Part shown: piece by piece, positions 48,168-57,855 of the stretch | Layout: each line of letters begins with the position of its first letter | Numbering within the stretch: position 1 is the first letter of the stretch | Origin: a virus | Taxonomy: Duplodnaviria > Caudoviricetes | Length of the DNA stretch: 64,000 nucleotides | Strand: one strand, 5' to 3' | IMG/VR virus record: IMGVR_UViG_2627853766_000003 | The notes under the pieces: generated by a model | The model's input: the letters and a program-made list of their open reading frames with translations, nothing else | The model's database searches: none | What the model was told of the DNA's origin: nothing | Program-made: the position numbers and the translations under genes

Positions 48168-48331
48168 TGCCTGAAATCAATCCACAGATCATGCAGCAAG
48201 TGGCGCAAGGTCAGCAGCCAGGACCAGTGCAGCCACCGGTTGCAACGAAGCCAGTGAAGAAGGGCAAGAAGGGCGCTCAAGCCAATCCTGCCCAGACCGT
48301 TTATCCCAACCTACCTACACAGGGGCAATGA
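48167..48331 (+). CDS. 54-aa Q/P/K-rich protein ending PAQTVYPNL (not in ORF track)
   Basis: Start overlaps the upstream TGA, stop overlaps the next ATG. Confidence 0.7.
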   Translation: MPEINPQIMQQVAQGQQPGPVQPPVATKPVKKGKKGAQANPAQTVYPNLPTQGQ

Positions 48332-48675
48332 TGGCTACTACTGCACACAAAGCACCAGTCGGGCCAAACGGCCCTGTATCTCCAGGAAGCACCGTCACGC
48401 CGCCGATGTCTGGCAACGCTGGCGCGCCGTCGCAGAAGCGCGACACGTCAGATCCATGGCTCGGCACCAAGGGTGGCACGCCATCCAGTCCAGATGTGAG
48501 CAAGGGCAGCATGGGCGAAGTCAAGAAGACCGATGCTAAGGATAGCAAGGTGACCAAGGGCATTGCCGACAACAAGGGCGCGCCCAAGGAATCCGTGATC
48601 AGCAAGACAGCGCTGAAGCACAAGACGCCGGCGCAGAAGATGTATCCGTCGCTCAAGACGCAGGACGGGGACTGA
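48328..48675 (+). CDS. Disordered Lys-rich protein ending PAQKMYPSL
   Basis: 115 aa, coupled. Confidence 0.75.
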   Translation: MMATTAHKAPVGPNGPVSPGSTVTPPMSGNAGAPSQKRDTSDPWLGTKGGTPSSPDVSKGSMGEVKKTDAKDSKVTKGIADNKGAPKESVISKTALKHKTPAQKMYPSLKTQDGD

Positions 48676-48676
48676 T

Positions 48677-48925
48677 ATGGCCAAGCTCACCGCTGCCGAT
48701 CGCAAGAAGATTCCCGCCAGTCAGTTTGGCGAACCCGGGAAGAAGAAGTATCCGATGCCTGACGCCAGCCACGCCGCGAACGCAAAGAGCCGCGCCAGCC
48801 AGGCGGTCAACGCAGGCCGCATGTCTAAGGCCGAAGAAGAGAAGATCGACAGCAAGGCTGATGCCGTGCTGGGCAAGAAGAAGTCCGCAGCAAAAACGCT
48901 GTACCCAAACCTCAAAGGAGATTGA
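48677..48925 (+). CDS. Basic DUF6582-like protein ending AAKTLYPNL
   Basis: KLTAADRKKIPASQFG.PG.KKYPMPD.SHA.NA.SR. Confidence 0.8.
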   Translation: MAKLTAADRKKIPASQFGEPGKKKYPMPDASHAANAKSRASQAVNAGRMSKAEEEKIDSKADAVLGKKKSAAKTLYPNLKGD

Positions 48926-49158
48926 CCGTGGAACAAACAGAAGCCCAAGCCATCAACGACGGGCACATCATCGAACGCTTGGAAAGCGGACTACCGGTCT
49001 ATTTCAGCGTGAAGATCGGGCGCGACTTCGGTCAGCCCGCCGGCGGATGGACCGATGACCGGACCGTCGCCACGGTCTACAAGGAATCTGACGCTCTCAA
49101 TCTCTTATCGAATGGGCTTGCCAGCTTGGCACCGTTCTGCAAGGTGGTGGCCAAATGA
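48922..49158 (+). CDS. Hypothetical protein
   Basis: Coupled ORF with RBS AAGGAG. Confidence 0.65.
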   Translation: MTVEQTEAQAINDGHIIERLESGLPVYFSVKIGRDFGQPAGGWTDDRTVATVYKESDALNLLSNGLASLAPFCKVVAK

Positions 49159-49826
49159 AAAAAGTTTGCATAGCCGTCCCATCCGGCGACATGGTGCACG
49201 CTGACTTTGCTATGGCACTGGCAGCCGTGGCGTACATGTGCGGCCCACAGCATGGGACAGAAACAATTCCGCTGGCGATCACCAACGCCAAGGGTTCGCT
49301 GGTTGTCAATAACCGTAACAGGATGGTGGCCGAGGCACAGAAGCTGGATGTCGACTACATATTCTTCGTAGATAGCGATGTGGTGCTGCCGAATTGGGCA
49401 CTGCACCGGCTGCTGGCTGCTGACAAGGATATCGTCGGCGGCACCTATGTGCAGCGCGAAGAGCCGCATTTGATCCTGGGCAAGACATTGGATGGCACTC
49501 TCATTCATGACTCGATGCAGGGAATGGAGATCAAGCCGAACGAGCTGATGGAAGTCGGTGCGCTGCCAGGTGGTTGCATGCTGGTCAAGATGTCGGTGTT
49601 CGAGAAGATCGGGGCCGCAGAGTCGCCAATTTTCCAAACTCCAGCACGTCGTGAAGACGACGGTACTTGGTGGATTGAAGGCGAGGATTATTACTTCTGC
49701 CGCTGGGCTCGGCAAAGTGGTTATTCAATCTTCCTCGACTGGGGCTTGTCGGTGCACCTTAAACACGTCGGCCAGCAGCACAACACCATCCCATTCAAGG
49801 AGGCACCAAATGCGCTCGTCAACTGA
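49155..49826 (+). CDS. GT-A fold glycosyltransferase-like protein
   Basis: V.IAVP, RN..V, YIFFVDSD (DxD), GCMLV...VF, GEDYYFC, HVG. Confidence 0.85.
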   Translation: MKKVCIAVPSGDMVHADFAMALAAVAYMCGPQHGTETIPLAITNAKGSLVVNNRNRMVAEAQKLDVDYIFFVDSDVVLPNWALHRLLAADKDIVGGTYVQREEPHLILGKTLDGTLIHDSMQGMEIKPNELMEVGALPGGCMLVKMSVFEKIGAAESPIFQTPARREDDGTWWIEGEDYYFCRWARQSGYSIFLDWGLSVHLKHVGQQHNTIPFKEAPNALVN

Positions 49827-50133
49827 AGAAACTGCAGCAGACAACTATGACACTGGAGACCGTAAAGCCGTCGCCGATCGTGAGAAGCTGGCCAAGGTGC
49901 GCGAAGAGAAGCGCATCAACGGCCTGAAGCTGACCATGGCAACGAGCGACGGGCGGCGCTGGATGTGGGCTTTTCTGTCCAACTGTGGCCTGTTCTCTGT
50001 CGAATTCAACGGCAACAGCAAGGACTACTACAACCTCGGCCGCCGCGGCGCTGGCATGCCAGTCATGGCAGAGATCCAGAAGCACTGCATGGACGAATAC
50101 ATCTTGATGGCTCGGGAGAATGCAAATGTTTAA
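49810..50133 (+). CDS. Bbp19-like head protein
   Basis: M.T.DGRRWMW..L..CG.F.....N.GRR..G; precedes the scaffold gene. Confidence 0.75.
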   Translation: MRSSTEETAADNYDTGDRKAVADREKLAKVREEKRINGLKLTMATSDGRRWMWAFLSNCGLFSVEFNGNSKDYYNLGRRGAGMPVMAEIQKHCMDEYILMARENANV

Positions 50134-50887
50134 TCTGTTCAAATTCAATCACCGCCTCCTGGAAGGCGACGACGGCAGCGGTGCAGCAGCCAGCGCAGCA
50201 CCTGCTGGTACACCAGCTGCGCCTGCAGCTGCTCCGGCCGCATCGGCACCAGCAGCTGCTCCAGCTGCCGCAGCACCGGCTGATCCTGGCCTGACGCCAC
50301 CAGCGAGCATGCTGGATGGTGTTCCAGCACCGGACGGCGCCAAGCCACTAGAAGGCGAAGCACCAAAGCCAGAAGGCGAAACCAAGCCGCTTGAACCTGT
50401 CGAGTACAAGGATTTCGCGCTGCCTGAGGGTATCCACGTACAGCCGGACCGCATGAATGCGTTCAAGGAAGAGGCCGCCAAGTCTGGCCTTTCCCAAGAC
50501 GTAGCACAGAAGTTCGTCGACATGTACGCAGAAAATTTCAAGCAACTCAGCGAAGCGCCAATGCGCGCCTGGACTGAGCTGCAGAACAAGTGGCAGGCAG
50601 AAGTCAAGGCAGACCCCGAAATCGGTGGCGCGAACCTCGACAAGAACCTAGCCACGATCAAAAGCGGGTTGAGCAATCTTCTCGGTGAAGGTGCATCAAA
50701 GTTCTACGAGGCGCTTAACTTGACCGGCGCCGGCAACAATCCAGAAATTATCCGTGGACTCCTCAAGGCGGCAGCACCTCACGCACCCGCCAGTCCGGTA
50801 GAAGGTCGACCAGGCGGCAGCAGCAAGTCGGCAGGTTCGATCATGTACCCCACGATGGCAGGGCTGGGCAACGGGCACGAAACTTAA
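50120..50887 (+). CDS. Capsid scaffolding protein
   Basis: Ala/Pro-rich N-terminus, Y.DF.LPEG, GLSQ..AQK.VD, W..EVK.DPEIGG, TG.GN.PE.IR; directly before the MCP. Confidence 0.85.
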   Translation: MQMFNLFKFNHRLLEGDDGSGAAASAAPAGTPAAPAAAPAASAPAAAPAAAAPADPGLTPPASMLDGVPAPDGAKPLEGEAPKPEGETKPLEPVEYKDFALPEGIHVQPDRMNAFKEEAAKSGLSQDVAQKFVDMYAENFKQLSEAPMRAWTELQNKWQAEVKADPEIGGANLDKNLATIKSGLSNLLGEGASKFYEALNLTGAGNNPEIIRGLLKAAAPHAPASPVEGRPGGSSKSAGSIMYPTMAGLGNGHET

Positions 50888-50986
50888 TCACTCTACGTTC
50901 TGACTCGCACGGCCCCACCTTTACACGGCCACCCGATGAAGACTCAAGACAAGGAGAACCACAAATGAACCACTAAGGAGCTTCAC

Positions 50987-52030
50987 ATGGCTATTCTCGG
51001 CGGCACCGCACTCACGTATGCGGACTGGGCGAAACGCGTAGACGACGATGGCAAGATCGCCACCATCATCAATCTGCTTTCCCAAACTAATGAAATCCTG
51101 GACGACATGCTTGTCGTAGAGGGTAATCTTCCAACCGGTCACAAGACCACCGTTCGTACTGGCTTGCCGTCTGCAACATGGCGCCTGCTGAACTACGGTG
51201 TCATCAAGACCAAATCCACCACCGCACAGATCACCGACAACTGCGGCATGCTGGAATGCTACTCGGAAATCGATAAGGATCTGGCTGACTTGAACGGTAA
51301 CACCGCCGAGTTCCGCTTGTCCGAAGATATGGCTTTCCTCGAAGGCATGAACCAGCAGATGGCGCAAACACTGTTCTACGGGAACACTCTGGTGAACCCC
51401 GAGCGCTTCATGGGACTGTCGGCACGCTTCAACACTTCCACCCTGGCCAATGCGCAAACAGCAGCCAACGTCATCAGCGCTGGCGGCGCCGCATCGACCA
51501 ACACGTCGATCTGGATCACCTGCTGGGGTCCGAACACGGTGCACGGTATTTTCCCGAAAGGCAAAATCTCCGGACTTCAGCATCGTGACCTTGGCGAATG
51601 GCCGCTGACAGACTCGAACGGCAACATGTATCAGGGCTACCGGACTCACTTCAAGTGGGATATGGGCCTGACCGTTCGCGACTGGCGTTACGTGGTGCGC
51701 ATCGCCAACATCGACGTGACACTCTTGTCTGGTGGCTCTGCTGCCAACTTGATTAACGCGCTGATCCGTGGTGTTCACCGTCTGCCGACTGCCCCTGTGC
51801 GTGTATCGACAGAGCAGAAATCCGACGCACCAGACGGCGGCATGATGCAGATGGGCCGTCTTGCCATCTACTGCAACCGCACCATTCGCACCTACCTCGA
51901 CATCCAAGCTGTCAACAAGACCAACGTCCTGCTGCGCCTGGAAGAGTGGGAAGGCAAAGCCATCACCACGTTCCGGGGGATTCCAGTTCGCACAGTCGAT
52001 GCGATTCTGTCCACCGAATCGGCCATCTAA
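50987..52030 (+). CDS. Major capsid protein (BPP-1 Bbp17-like)
   Basis: LSQTNEILDDM..VEGN.PTGH.TTVRTGLP..TWR, RDWRYVVRIANID, FRGIPVR.VDAI. Confidence 0.92.
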   Translation: MAILGGTALTYADWAKRVDDDGKIATIINLLSQTNEILDDMLVVEGNLPTGHKTTVRTGLPSATWRLLNYGVIKTKSTTAQITDNCGMLECYSEIDKDLADLNGNTAEFRLSEDMAFLEGMNQQMAQTLFYGNTLVNPERFMGLSARFNTSTLANAQTAANVISAGGAASTNTSIWITCWGPNTVHGIFPKGKISGLQHRDLGEWPLTDSNGNMYQGYRTHFKWDMGLTVRDWRYVVRIANIDVTLLSGGSAANLINALIRGVHRLPTAPVRVSTEQKSDAPDGGMMQMGRLAIYCNRTIRTYLDIQAVNKTNVLLRLEEWEGKAITTFRGIPVRTVDAILSTESAI

Positions 52031-52042
52031 AAGGAGATCGAC

Positions 52043-52522
52043 ATGCTTATCGATGCATTTTTGGTTTTTGACCAAGGCACTTACAGCGCTACCACCGGCA
52101 TGACCGGCGCTGCGCAGTTCGCCAGCGGCGCGACCACGACCAGCACCAACACGCTGGACATGATCAACGCTCGCGATATGGGTGATGCGCCTTCTGGTCC
52201 TGGCGAGCTGTCCGTGAACTTTCAAATCACGGCGGCTTATGTGGGGGGCACTTCTGTCAACTTCCAGCTTCAGGGTTCCACGGATAACACCACGTGGACA
52301 ACCTACAGCGAAACCGGCGCGGTGCCGGTCGCCAGCCTGGGCGTAGGTGCGCTGCTTTCATTGCCGCTGCCACCGGTCAATCCTGATGCCGGCGCCATTC
52401 CTCGCTACTACCGGACCGCGTATGTCAACGTCGGCGCCAACACGGCCGGCTCGGTGATCGCTTGGCTGGGTGCTCGCACGTACAGCCAGTACTACAAGCC
52501 TGGCATCGTCGTCAATAACTAA
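52043..52522 (+). CDS. Capsid cement protein (Bbp16-like)
   Basis: MLID..L.F...STNT.D....D.G, LQ.S.DN.TW, RY.R..Y. Confidence 0.8.
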   Translation: MLIDAFLVFDQGTYSATTGMTGAAQFASGATTTSTNTLDMINARDMGDAPSGPGELSVNFQITAAYVGGTSVNFQLQGSTDNTTWTTYSETGAVPVASLGVGALLSLPLPPVNPDAGAIPRYYRTAYVNVGANTAGSVIAWLGARTYSQYYKPGIVVNN

Positions 52523-52528
52523 CCAATA

Positions 52529-52552
52529 GGGCCGAGGAAACTCGGCCCTTCA
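52529..52552 (+). terminator. Hairpin / weak terminator after the capsid genes
   Basis: GGGCCGAG-gaaa-CTCGGCCC-TT. Confidence 0.55.
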
Positions 52553-52568
52553 CCGAAAGGTATTCATC

Positions 52569-52790
52569 ATGGCAACTGAAAACATTCAAGCAGCACCTGG
52601 CGCAGCCCGTTATGAACTGACGGAAGCCGCTTACATCGACGACAAGCTGCTGGTCGCCGGTCAACAAATCGAGTATGCCGGCATGCCAGGCTATCACATG
52701 GTTCCTTTGAACGACGCCGCCAAGGCCATGTTCAAGAAGCACGGCAAGGAATTTGTCGACCCGATCCTGGCTTTGACGGCAATCAACTAA
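52569..52790 (+). CDS. Small virion-associated protein
   Basis: Y......YIDD.L...G..IEY.G.PG....PLN.AA. Confidence 0.7.
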   Translation: MATENIQAAPGAARYELTEAAYIDDKLLVAGQQIEYAGMPGYHMVPLNDAAKAMFKKHGKEFVDPILALTAIN

Positions 52791-52800
52791 GGAGCCTGAC

Positions 52801-53160
52801 ATGGGCATTTTCGCAACTGGCGGAATAGAGCAGGCTGGCTATGTGCTGACAGGCGCGTTGTCGTCTGCCGTCGCTGGCGCGCAAGCGCCCTTGCTTGGCG
52901 ACTTCAATATCGCTGTGTGGGGAACCTTCGTTGGCACGCTGACGCTGGAAAACTCCTATGACGCCGGCACAACCTGGATCCCGGTGATCAACAAGCACAC
53001 CGGCAACAACATCACCTGGACGACGCCCGGAGCGCTGCAAGAGGATGAGGTTGAAGCCGGCGTCTACTACCGCCTGCGCATGACCGCATTCACAAGTGGC
53101 ACTGCGAACTGGCGGATTTCGCAAGGAATGAATACTGGAGATCATCGGAGACTCACATGA
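52801..53160 (+). CDS. Beta-sandwich virion decoration-like protein
   Basis: WGTFVGTLTLE.S.D.G.TW...E.GVYYRLR.TAFTSGT. Confidence 0.7.
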   Translation: MGIFATGGIEQAGYVLTGALSSAVAGAQAPLLGDFNIAVWGTFVGTLTLENSYDAGTTWIPVINKHTGNNITWTTPGALQEDEVEAGVYYRLRMTAFTSGTANWRISQGMNTGDHRRLT

Positions 53161-53942
53161 AAAAATTACTTCTGCTTCTGGCTGTTCTTGTTGCGTCTAC
53201 GGCATTCGCCGGCGGCATCTACAACCCCATCAGCGCTACCGATACGATTCAAGTCAACCAGAACGGATATCTCGTCCCGGTTCCAGTAACTGTTGTTGGT
53301 GCATCTGCATCATCGCCAATTGCCGCTATTACGTCGGGGTCCATCAGTGGGTTGTCGCCGCCATTGCCAATTGCCAGCGGTGGGACTTCCAGCGCTACAG
53401 CAACCGGTACTGGCTCAGTTGTCCTGCAAACCTCTCCGACTCTGACCACTCCAGTTATTGGCGCTGCGACAGGCACATCCCTGTCGCTATCTGGGGTTCT
53501 TACGCCATCCACAACAGCCGGCATTGTTGGTACGACATTAGGCGATAGTGCCCAAGCAGGCAGTGTGGGCGAGGTGATTACTAGCTCGATTGCAAGCGGG
53601 TCGGCGGTAGCACTCACCACTGGCACATCGGCAACCATAACTTCCATTTCGCTGACACCCGGCGACTGGGATGTAACCGGCTTGGTTGTGACTGGACCAG
53701 CTGGAACGACTACACAGACTAATACCGTTGGCGGCATCTCATCCGTGACGAATGCATTTTCTATGGCACAGAGCACTGTATATTTGCCATTTGCTGCATC
53801 GGCTGGTAATAGCATCGGTATGTCGGTGACGACTAGGATAAATATTTCTTCAACAGCGACCTATTACTTGGTGGTGCAATCCACATTCGCCGTGTCTACC
53901 AACGGTGGCTACGGCACTATCTTTGCTCGCCGTCGGCGCTAG
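53157..53942 (+). CDS. Thr/Ser-rich fibre-like protein with an apparent Sec signal peptide
   Basis: MKKLLLLLAVLVASTAFA|GG; LPIASGGT, SPTLTTP; C-terminal SISLTPGDWDV...TYYLV...IFARRRR. Confidence 0.7.
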   Translation: MKKLLLLLAVLVASTAFAGGIYNPISATDTIQVNQNGYLVPVPVTVVGASASSPIAAITSGSISGLSPPLPIASGGTSSATATGTGSVVLQTSPTLTTPVIGAATGTSLSLSGVLTPSTTAGIVGTTLGDSAQAGSVGEVITSSIASGSAVALTTGTSATITSISLTPGDWDVTGLVVTGPAGTTTQTNTVGGISSVTNAFSMAQSTVYLPFAASAGNSIGMSVTTRINISSTATYYLVVQSTFAVSTNGGYGTIFARRRR

Positions 53943-53951
53943 GAGACGGTC

Positions 53952-54296
53952 ATGAAGATAGTCGACATGGCACGTAAAGACGATGGCCAGGATGCAATGG
54001 TATCTGAACCATCACCATACCCTTGTGGGTTACGCATCAGCCTGAACAAGGAAGATCTGGGAAAACTCGGCATCGACGAGCTGCCAGACCTGGGTACTCA
54101 GGTTGCCTTCTACGTTTGCGGTGAGGTCGTCAGCACCAGCGAGTCTAGTGAGTATGGTGATTCGCAATGTCTTGGCGTTCAGATCCAATGCATGGCGCAG
54201 GAGGAACTTCCTGCAGACGAGGAAGAGGAAGCCCAGGACGCGATCAAGGGTGGTTTCAAGGAAGCAGCCAGCAAACTCTACAGTAAGCAGAAATAG
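53952..54296 (+). CDS. Capsid staple-like protein
   Basis: YPCGLRISL..EDL.KLGI.ELP..G...QI..M...AASKLY. Confidence 0.7.
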   Translation: MKIVDMARKDDGQDAMVSEPSPYPCGLRISLNKEDLGKLGIDELPDLGTQVAFYVCGEVVSTSESSEYGDSQCLGVQIQCMAQEELPADEEEEAQDAIKGGFKEAASKLYSKQK

Positions 54297-54298
54297 CC

Positions 54299-55036
54299 AT
54301 GGCCAGCCAAATCGACATCTGCAACATGGCCATGTCTGTCATCGGCACGCGGTCGAGCATTGCCAGCATGACCGAGGGCAGCGCTGAGTCTAACCAGATC
54401 AGCCTGCAATACCCGACGGCCATTGATGCTGTGCTGCGCGCCGCTCATTGGAATTTCGCGCGCAAGCAGATTGCAATGACGCTCTTGCAGGATGGAACGC
54501 AAGGGCAGCCGGTTCCTTCGCCCTGGCTCTATGAATACGCTGTGCCGAGCGACTGCGTGCTGGCGCGTTTCGTAATGCCGACGATTCAGGCAGCTGTACC
54601 TAGTTCTACCCCTGGTATTCCATCGCAGGTTACCGCGATGAACCAACCTGTCCGATTCGTGCTAAGTACCGATCTTGACCCGACCGGCAATCCGATCAAC
54701 GTAATCCTCACCAATCAGCCGCAGGCCACGCTGGTCTATACCTTCCGCAACCTGAACCCAGCAATGTACGATGCGCGGTTTGTCGAGGCGCTGGCAGCAT
54801 TCCTTGGCGCCAAGATCTGCATTCCGCTGACTGGCGACAAAGCCATGATGAAGATGGCTCTTGCAATGGCTCAGCAGTACACCATGGATGCACAGGCATC
54901 CAACGGTAATGAAGGCCTCACCGTAATCGATCATGCGCCTGACTGGATACGCGTACGTGGCTATGCATCTGATTACGCCTATCCAGATGGAGGCCTGTTT
55001 ATCTACGGCCCCCAAGCTTTGACATTGCTCTCCTGA
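54299..55036 (+). CDS. Tail tubular protein A / adaptor
   Basis: S.IDICNMA...IG....I.S..E.S, LRA.HWNFA, YEY..PSDC, F.EALA..L. Confidence 0.85.
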   Translation: MASQIDICNMAMSVIGTRSSIASMTEGSAESNQISLQYPTAIDAVLRAAHWNFARKQIAMTLLQDGTQGQPVPSPWLYEYAVPSDCVLARFVMPTIQAAVPSSTPGIPSQVTAMNQPVRFVLSTDLDPTGNPINVILTNQPQATLVYTFRNLNPAMYDARFVEALAAFLGAKICIPLTGDKAMMKMALAMAQQYTMDAQASNGNEGLTVIDHAPDWIRVRGYASDYAYPDGGLFIYGPQALTLLS

Positions 55037-55038
55037 CC

Positions 55039-57855
55039 ATGGCACAAGAAACCATCCAGCCAAGTTTTGCTGCCGGCGAGATTGCGCCGTCCATGTATGG
55101 GCGCGTCGATCTGGCTAAGTACCATTCCGGTGCGGCCATCTTGCGCAACTTCTTTGTCGACTACCGGGGCGGAGCATCGTCACGACAAGGTAAGAAATTT
55201 GTAGGGCAATGTAAAGACAGCGCTACGCCGAACCGCCTTATTCCTTTTACATTCAATACGCTGCAGACTTACGCCCTGGTATTCGGGAATCTCACCATGC
55301 GCGTGGTGATGAATGGAGGCTATGTGCTGGAGCCGGCTACGGCCATCACCGGTATATCGCAAGCATTCCCCGGGGTCATCACTGATCCTGCTCACGGCTA
55401 TAACAATGGCGACCTAGTGTATCTCACTGGCATCGTCGGCATGACGCAGCTGAATGGGCGCTTCGGTGTTGTCACAGGTGCTACGACAAATACCTTTTAC
55501 CTGACAGACATGTATGGCGTAGTCATTTCGACCAGTGGCTATTCGGCCTATGTATCAGGCGGCACTGTTGGCCGAGTATTTACTTTGACGACACCATATG
55601 CAGGAAGCGATCTAGCATTGCTGAAGTTCGCGCAATCTGCCGATGTGATGACGCTGGTTCATCCAAATTACACGCCGCAGAAGCTGACACGCACTCAGCA
55701 CTGGGCATGGACGATTACGCCGATTACTTTCACGCCATCGGTGTCCCCGCCATCAGGACCAACAATTAGCAATAATGCGGTTGGCACCGTGTATCCAACT
55801 ACCGTATATTCCTACGTAATCACTGCTGTTGTGGGCGGCGTCGAGAGTCTACCTTCTGCTGTGGTATCGACCGTCGGTGTGCATGCATTGAGCCAGAATG
55901 TAGGGGCGCAAAATACTGTTGGCTGGAATGCGGTGACCGGCGCAGAAATCTACAATATTTATCGCACACAGGAAAATCTCAACACGATGCCCCCGCAGGG
56001 CGCGCTGTTCGGATTTGTCGGATCGACTAATCCGGCTGCTTCTAATACCTTCATCGACAACAATATCCTGCCGGACTTCACGAATGTGCCACCGCAGGGG
56101 TACAACCCTTTCACGGTGGCCGGCAATCCTTCCTGCGTCACCTATTACCAGCAGCGCCAGGTTTTCGGCGGCATGGCCAATGCACCCGAGCAGATCGACT
56201 TTTCGAAGACTGGCGACTTCTTCAACATGAATTTCGCCATCCCCTCGAAACCAGACGACAATATCGAAATCACGATCGCCAGCCAGCAGGTGAATGCGAT
56301 CAAGCACATGATCCCGATGCAAAGCCTGATCGTGCTGACCTCCAGCGGTGCATGGAAGGTCGACGGCGGCGCCAGCGGCACGGTGACACCAACTTCTATC
56401 GAAGCCGTACCACAGGCTTATAACGGCTGCGGAGATGTGCCACCGCTGACGATCAACTACGACATCCTGTACGTCCAGGCAAAAGGATCAATCGTCCGCG
56501 ACTTGGCCTATAACTTCTACGTCAACATCTACACAGGCACTGACATATCACTATTGTCGAATCATCTTTTCTATGGTCACCAGATCACAGAGTGGTGCTG
56601 GGCAGATGAGCCGTTCAAGCAAGCACTGGCCGTGCGCGATGACGGCATCATGCTGTCGCTGACCTACTTGAAAGAACAGGAGGTCTACGCGTGGACCCAC
56701 TACGACACAAACGGCCTGTACAAGAGCGTTTGCTCTATCTCTGAAGGTAACGAGAACGCTGTATATACAATCGTTGAGCGTTTCATCAATGGCCAGTACC
56801 TACAATATATCGAGCGCTTCGCCAGCCGGCAGATGGGCGGCGATCCAACTATCGGGCTTCCGGCCGATGTCAGCCGCGCATGGTGCGTTGATGCTGGTCT
56901 GCAGTACCCACTGACATATCCAGCTGCCACGCTGATCCCAACTGAAGAATTCAACATCCCTGTCATTTCAGGCGTCGACGTAATTGCTGGTGGCCAGAAC
57001 TACAGCAACTTGACCACGGCGACCGTCATTGATCCGAATGGCACCGGAGCAACGTTTTCGGTAACCATCGTCGGGGGCATCATCACAGCGATCACGCCGC
57101 TGGCAGTCGGCGGAAACTACACGCGCCCGATTCTGAATATCTTCGATCCTACTGGCGCCGGCTCCGGCGCAGTGGCTCAGCCGATTGTCACTAGCCCTGT
57201 ACCCATGAACGCCAGCGCTGCGATATTTTCAAGCGCCAACATCGGCAACGTGGTGCGGATAAATAACGGCATGGGGATTGTGACATCAGTGCCGAGCTCG
57301 ACGCAGATCATTGTCAACGTGCTACAGAACCTCACCAGCATCTGGCCGGCGGCAAGCGGCGCATGGTCAATGACGGCACCAGTTACGCAAGTGTTCGGGC
57401 TTGACCATCTGAATGGGCAAACGGTATCGATCCTGGCCGATGGCAATGTCCAGCCTAATCAGTTAGTCACCGCTGGCTCAATTACCTTACAGCGGCCAGC
57501 TACGCTGATCACCATCGGGTTGCCATATATCTGCCAACTGCAGACCTTGTATCTGGACGTGCAGGGAGATGGCACGATCCAAGGCAAGCGCAAGAAAATC
57601 AATGCCGTCACGTTGCGACTGCAGGATTCGCGCGGCCTGAAAGTTGGGCCGAACTTCAACCAGCTAACAGAAATCAAGGACCGCACCACACAGCCTATGG
57701 GTATGCCCGTCACGCTATTTACTGGCGACGAGCGCGTGAACATCGAGCCGAACTGGACGGTGCCAGGCCAGATCGCAGTGCAACAGGACTGGCCGCTCCC
57801 TTGCACGATCCTGGCATGTATCCCTGAAGTCACGATAGGAGATACCCCGCAATGA
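55039..57855 (+). CDS. Tail tubular protein B / nozzle with inserted domains
   Basis: SFAAGEIAP..YGRVDL.KY, RLIPF.F, AQSADV..LVHP, YYQQR..FGG, EQEV.AW, QD.PLP.TI. Confidence 0.9.
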   Translation: MAQETIQPSFAAGEIAPSMYGRVDLAKYHSGAAILRNFFVDYRGGASSRQGKKFVGQCKDSATPNRLIPFTFNTLQTYALVFGNLTMRVVMNGGYVLEPATAITGISQAFPGVITDPAHGYNNGDLVYLTGIVGMTQLNGRFGVVTGATTNTFYLTDMYGVVISTSGYSAYVSGGTVGRVFTLTTPYAGSDLALLKFAQSADVMTLVHPNYTPQKLTRTQHWAWTITPITFTPSVSPPSGPTISNNAVGTVYPTTVYSYVITAVVGGVESLPSAVVSTVGVHALSQNVGAQNTVGWNAVTGAEIYNIYRTQENLNTMPPQGALFGFVGSTNPAASNTFIDNNILPDFTNVPPQGYNPFTVAGNPSCVTYYQQRQVFGGMANAPEQIDFSKTGDFFNMNFAIPSKPDDNIEITIASQQVNAIKHMIPMQSLIVLTSSGAWKVDGGASGTVTPTSIEAVPQAYNGCGDVPPLTINYDILYVQAKGSIVRDLAYNFYVNIYTGTDISLLSNHLFYGHQITEWCWADEPFKQALAVRDDGIMLSLTYLKEQEVYAWTHYDTNGLYKSVCSISEGNENAVYTIVERFINGQYLQYIERFASRQMGGDPTIGLPADVSRAWCVDAGLQYPLTYPAATLIPTEEFNIPVISGVDVIAGGQNYSNLTTATVIDPNGTGATFSVTIVGGIITAITPLAVGGNYTRPILNIFDPTGAGSGAVAQPIVTSPVPMNASAAIFSSANIGNVVRINNGMGIVTSVPSSTQIIVNVLQNLTSIWPAASGAWSMTAPVTQVFGLDHLNGQTVSILADGNVQPNQLVTAGSITLQRPATLITIGLPYICQLQTLYLDVQGDGTIQGKRKKINAVTLRLQDSRGLKVGPNFNQLTEIKDRTTQPMGMPVTLFTGDERVNIEPNWTVPGQIAVQQDWPLPCTILACIPEVTIGDTPQ

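Noticed and set aside
50921-52225. 434-aa antisense ORF over the capsid gene, and similar ones at 46489-47445 and 59348-60715
   Set aside because: Mirror frames of high-GC3 sense genes, with no recognisable domains.
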